Assembly (NCBI GenBank): GCA_963974445.1
Contig: CAXBDI010000003.1
Span: 6,076-70,075, forward strand
From: an uncultured Alphaproteobacteria bacterium
Lineage (GTDB): Bacteria; Pseudomonadota; Alphaproteobacteria; Bin95
Direction: 5' to 3'
Length of the DNA stretch: 64,000 nt
In this document: one piece after another, positions 60,375-64,000 of the stretch
Position numbering within the stretch: the first letter of the stretch is position 1
Layout of the letters: the number at the start of each line of letters is the position of its first letter
Notes under the pieces: generated by a model
The model's input: the letters and a program-made list of their open reading frames with translations, nothing else
What the model was told of the DNA's origin: nothing
Databases searched by the model: none
Program-made: the position numbers and the translations under genes

Positions 60375-61738
60375 TGCGCCGGATGGTCCTGTGGCTCGCC
60401 TTTCTCATCGCCATCCCGCTGGCGACGCCTGCCGCGGCTGCTGGTGGCGCCGAGGGCGACGGCATCGTCGAGGTGGTGAGCCCCGGCGGTATCCGCGCGT
60501 GGCTGCGGCAGGATGCGAGCATCCCGTTGGTGGCCATCGAGTTCGAGTTTTCCGGCGGTGGCGGCATCGTACCGGCGGAGAAAGCGGGTACGGCCACGCT
60601 GGCCGCCCGGATGCTCTCCGAAGGCGCCGGCGAATGGGACGGCGAGGAATTCCGTCAGGTACTGGCCGACAACGCCATCGGGTTGGGGTTCGAGGCGGAC
60701 CGCGACAGTTTTTCAGGCAGCTTGACGACACTGACCGTCAATCGGGCGCTGGCGGTGCAATTGCTGCGCGCCGCGCTGACCGCGCCCCGGATGGACGAGG
60801 CGGCGCTGCGCCAGCAGAAGTCGCGTCTGACGACGGAACGCCGCCGCAGCCTGACCAGCCCCGATGCGCTGGCCTACCGCAATTGGTTTGAGATTGCCTA
60901 TGGCGATCATCCCTATGGTCGCTCCACCAACGGGACGCCGGAGAGCGTGGCCGAGATCGAGCAGGCGGATGTCGATGGATTTTTGGCGCAAGTCCTGACC
61001 CGGCGCGGCCTGACGGTCGGGGTGGCCGGCGACATCGATCCGGCGAGCCTGGCCGTGTTGTTGGACGAGGCGTTCGGCGGGCTGCCGGATCATGCGCCAC
61101 CGGCCGATATTCCGCCGGCCCCGACGCCACCACCCGGGCTGGCGCTGATCCCCCACCCCAGCCAGCAGAGTGTCGTCGTCTTCGGCCATGCCGGCATCGC
61201 CCGGGAGGATCCGGATTGGTACGCGGCTCTGGTCGTAACGCAAATCCTGGGTGGCAGCACGTTTACGTCTCGCCTGGGCGAGGAAGTGCGCGAGAAACGC
61301 GGGCTGGCCTATGGCATCGGCGTCGGTCTGTCGCCGTCGCGGGCCGGGTCTGTGTTGCTAGGCCGCACCGCGACTCGTAGTGGTGCTGTCGCCGAAACGG
61401 TGGCGATTATCCGCGACGAATGGCAGCGCATGGCCGAAAACGAACCGACGGCGGCGGAATTGGACGATGCCAAGACCTATTTGATTGGCAGCTTTCCGTT
61501 GAGCCTGGACTCGACCGGGTCGATAGCCGCGGTATTGGTGCAGATGCAGATATTCGATTTAGGGATGGACTATTGGTCGGCTCGCCCGGCACTATTTGAC
61601 GCGGTCGATCTTGAAAGCGCCCGCCGGGTCGCCAAACGATTACTGACGCCGGACGCCCTGCTTTTGGTTGTCGTCGGAAGCCCGGACGGGATTACACCGA
61701 CCTTGGAGGCCCCGGTCCAAGACCCGATCTCTAATTGA
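60374..61738 (+). CDS. M16-family peptidase, non-catalytic partner subunit
   Basis: ATG overlaps the preceding stop. M16 fold without HxxEH. Signal peptide. Confidence 0.75.
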   Translation: MRRMVLWLAFLIAIPLATPAAAAGGAEGDGIVEVVSPGGIRAWLRQDASIPLVAIEFEFSGGGGIVPAEKAGTATLAARMLSEGAGEWDGEEFRQVLADNAIGLGFEADRDSFSGSLTTLTVNRALAVQLLRAALTAPRMDEAALRQQKSRLTTERRRSLTSPDALAYRNWFEIAYGDHPYGRSTNGTPESVAEIEQADVDGFLAQVLTRRGLTVGVAGDIDPASLAVLLDEAFGGLPDHAPPADIPPAPTPPPGLALIPHPSQQSVVVFGHAGIAREDPDWYAALVVTQILGGSTFTSRLGEEVREKRGLAYGIGVGLSPSRAGSVLLGRTATRSGAVAETVAIIRDEWQRMAENEPTAAELDDAKTYLIGSFPLSLDSTGSIAAVLVQMQIFDLGMDYWSARPALFDAVDLESARRVAKRLLTPDALLLVVVGSPDGITPTLEAPVQDPISN

Positions 61739-62186
61739 ACCATGCAGTTGCGAATCGGCGTTCGCCGGTTGAGTAGCCTCGATGGCCGAATTGAATACTC
61801 AGTTACTTCAAAAATGTACTGCCCTGCTATCTCTCTTCTGATTTTATAGAATTGGAACAGCTTTTGAGAGAAACTTTGCTTTATTTCCATTTCTGTGCAG
61901 GTTTATAATGATGCAGAGATATGGAGCGACGGTGGAGCCTTGATTGCTATTCAGGCACAGCGGACGCATCCGAGAGCCATTCTGGCGCCAACCGGTGCAT
62001 CGCGGGTTTCGATGCTGTATGACAGCCTCGAAACGCGGATCTACGCCGGTGTTTATCGGTGATCCAGAATGGATTAACGGGCCGGGCGTGGCAAACACGG
62101 ATGGCCTCTCGCAAATTGAAATGCGAGATCACAAATAAGAGGGTGCTAGTGGCGCGGCGCACTGGCCGTTGCCAAAAGGAGCTACT

Positions 62187-62441
62187 ATGAGCGAACAACT
62201 CCGTCGCCGGTCGGTGACCATCGCCGGGCACCGCACCAGCGTCTCTCTGGAAGACCCGTTTTGGGATGAACTGAAACGCATCGCTGCCGACCGCAATATT
62301 TCGATCGCCCAGATCGTCGGCGAGGTCGATAAACACCGGCAAGGCAACCTTTCCAGCGCTCTGCGGGTTTATGTGCTGCGCGAACTGCAAAGCTTCCAAG
62401 ACTCGATCGATATGCCTCAGGCGATCAGGCAGTCAGGTTGA
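62187..62441 (+). CDS. Ribbon-helix-helix domain protein (RHH_4-type; often mis-annotated as aryl-sulfate sulfotransferase)
   Basis: 84 aa. RBS AGGAG. Motif [27 protein letters not shown]. Confidence 0.6.
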   Translation: MSEQLRRRSVTIAGHRTSVSLEDPFWDELKRIAADRNISIAQIVGEVDKHRQGNLSSALRVYVLRELQSFQDSIDMPQAIRQSG

Positions 62442-63411
62442 CGACGACGCGGCCGCGCACCTCGCCTTTCAGGATGTCGCCCGCAACGGCCGGCGCTTCT
62501 TCCAGGCCGATCTCGTGGGTCATTGCGTCCAGTTTCGCCGTATCCAAATCGCTGGCCAGCAGCGCCCACGCATCGTTGCGCAACGCACGCGGCGCCATCA
62601 CGGAGTCGATGCCCAACAGGGACACGCCGCGCAGGATGAACGGATAGACGGAGCCCGGCAGATCGCCGCCCTGCGCCAGACCGCATGCGGCAACCGCACC
62701 GCCGTATTTGGTCTGCGCCAACACGTTCGCGAGCGTGTGGCTGCCGACGGCGTCGACCGCGCCAGCCCAGCGCTCCCGCCCTATCGGCCGGCCCTTTTCC
62801 GACAATTCCGCGCGGTCGATGATTTCCGCCGCGCCGAGGCCTTTCAGGTAGTCCGCCTCGCTGGCGCGCCCGGTGGAGGCCAGAACGCGGTAGCCGCGGC
62901 TCGCCAGGATGGCGATGGCGACGCTGCCAACGCCGCCCGCCGCACCGGTGACCAACACATCGCCCTTGTCCGGCGACAGGCCGGCTTTCTCCAGCGCCAG
63001 TATGCACAACGCCGAGGTATAGCCGGCGGTGCCGATAGCCATGGCCTGGCGCGTCGAGAAGGCCGACGGCAGCTTGATCAGCCAATCGCCCTTGACCCGG
63101 GCTTGCTGGCTAAGCCCGCCCCAATGCCCCTCGCCCACGCCCCAGCCGTTCAGGACGACGGTGTCGCCCGCGTTGAACTCCGGGTTGCTGGATTCCAGCA
63201 CTTTGCCGGCGAAATCGATGCCGGGGACCATCGGATATTTGCGGACGATGGGGGATGCGCCAGTGATCGCCAGACCGTCCTTGTAGTTGATGGTCGAATA
63301 TTCCACCGCCACCCGCACGTCGCCCTCCGGCAACGCACTTTCATCCAGCGATTGGATCGAGTGGCGGACGGATTTGTCCTCGTTTTGCTCCAGAACTAGG
63401 GCGTTGAACAT
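62425..63411 (-). CDS. MDR-family NADPH-dependent oxidoreductase, YhdH/AcuI (acrylyl-CoA reductase)-like
   Basis: Starts MFNALVLEQ.... GAAGGVGS Rossmann motif. 328 aa. Confidence 0.75.
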   Translation of the reverse strand: MFNALVLEQNEDKSVRHSIQSLDESALPEGDVRVAVEYSTINYKDGLAITGASPIVRKYPMVPGIDFAGKVLESSNPEFNAGDTVVLNGWGVGEGHWGGLSQQARVKGDWLIKLPSAFSTRQAMAIGTAGYTSALCILALEKAGLSPDKGDVLVTGAAGGVGSVAIAILASRGYRVLASTGRASEADYLKGLGAAEIIDRAELSEKGRPIGRERWAGAVDAVGSHTLANVLAQTKYGGAVAACGLAQGGDLPGSVYPFILRGVSLLGIDSVMAPRALRNDAWALLASDLDTAKLDAMTHEIGLEEAPAVAGDILKGEVRGRVVVNLTA

Positions 63412-63483
63412 GATGCTGTGGGCTCCTTCAGGCGGGCGGGTCGGCGACATTGCCATGCATGGCGTCAGGCAAAGCGCCGAATG

Positions 63484-64000
63484 TCAAGAGGGGGGCGTTG
63501 CGCCGGCGGCGGCCTCGCGCGCCTGCTGCGCCAGGGCGGTCAAGGTTGGGCGGATCGAAGCCGCATCGGCGATGGGGTCCGCAAACCACAGGCGGACGCT
63601 GTCGTCACCGGCCATTAGATCCATACCCTGCGGATCGATGCCGGCGAGACGCCATTGGCCCGCTGGGGCGCTGCAAAGCCGAGTGGCGTAGAGCGCCACG
63701 GCATCGGCGTGATCCTGGTTCATATGCTCGATAATGCTGGCCTGGGCGGCGGCGAACGTCTGGGCGAGGCCGTCGTCGGGCAGGACCAGGTCCTCCGGCT
63801 CAAGCCGGTAGGCTTTGCCGAAGCCGCCATTGAAGCTGGCGCGCTCGACACGGACCCGCCAGAACGCGAAATCGCCGAAGTCCGCGTATAATTCGGCCTT
63901 GGGATGGCGGGCCAGATAGCGGAACCGCACCTGGTCGCGGTCCGGCCCGGGCTCGACCCGCTCCGCCCGGCCCGCAATGCTGATGCGCGGATGGGCCAGC
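63484..64000 (-). CDS. 5'-partial gene: PNPOx-like/DUF2470 (HugZ-like) family protein, continues beyond the window end
   Basis: The frame is open upstream of the listed GTG through position 64000. C-terminal DUF2470-like segment (MNQDHADAV). Confidence 0.45.
   Translation of the reverse strand, partial: LAHPRISIAGRAERVEPGPDRDQVRFRYLARHPKAELYADFGDFAFWRVRVERASFNGGFGKAYRLEPEDLVLPDDGLAQTFAAAQASIIEHMNQDHADAVALYATRLCSAPAGQWRLAGIDPQGMDLMAGDDSVRLWFADPIADAASIRPTLTALAQQAREAAAGATPPS

Noticed and set aside
61944-62138. 64-aa ORF in the AT-rich spacer
   Set aside because: It has a TTG start, no RBS and poor codon composition, so it is more likely non-coding.

Overview
This 64 kb window is high-GC (~67%) and looks like alphaproteobacterial chromosome. 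The purC-purS-purQ-purL-bolA-grxD order, ribF-ileS-lspA-DUF3035-M16-M16 order, a DUF1476 ATPase zeta inhibitor and a ydbH-ynbE-ydbL module are consistent with that. Coding density is about 90%. No transposase, integrase, CRISPR array or rRNA is visible, and there is one tRNA-Val(CAC). All calls were made by eye from the supplied ORF track and sequence motifs, without database searches. Housekeeping genes are dapB, ilvA, lepA, glmS, glmU, gph, purCSQL, bolA, grxD, ribF, ileS, lspA, ptrB and two M16 peptidases. Accessory content includes three LLM flavin-oxidoreductase paralogs, a penicillin/AHL-acylase family protein, TauD, an MBL hydrolase, an amidase-crotonase pair, a CoA-transferase-MFS pair and two GNATs. 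The observations most worth follow-up are: (1) a family of about 105-115 bp bipartite palindromic intergenic repeats, five copies; (2) a gene with a proline-rich tandem-repeat linker that is split by a frameshift; (3) a translationally coupled lipoprotein / M48-TPR metallopeptidase lipoprotein / lipoprotein trio of unknown function; (4) a seven-gene minus-strand array with four ATGA/GTGA start-stop overlaps and two short gaps that runs GST, PaaI thioesterase, secreted unknown protein, LLM oxidoreductase and then ydbH-ynbE-ydbL; (5) an unannotated 59-aa tail-anchored ORF with a strong RBS in an AT-rich island beside a GNAT gene remnant.
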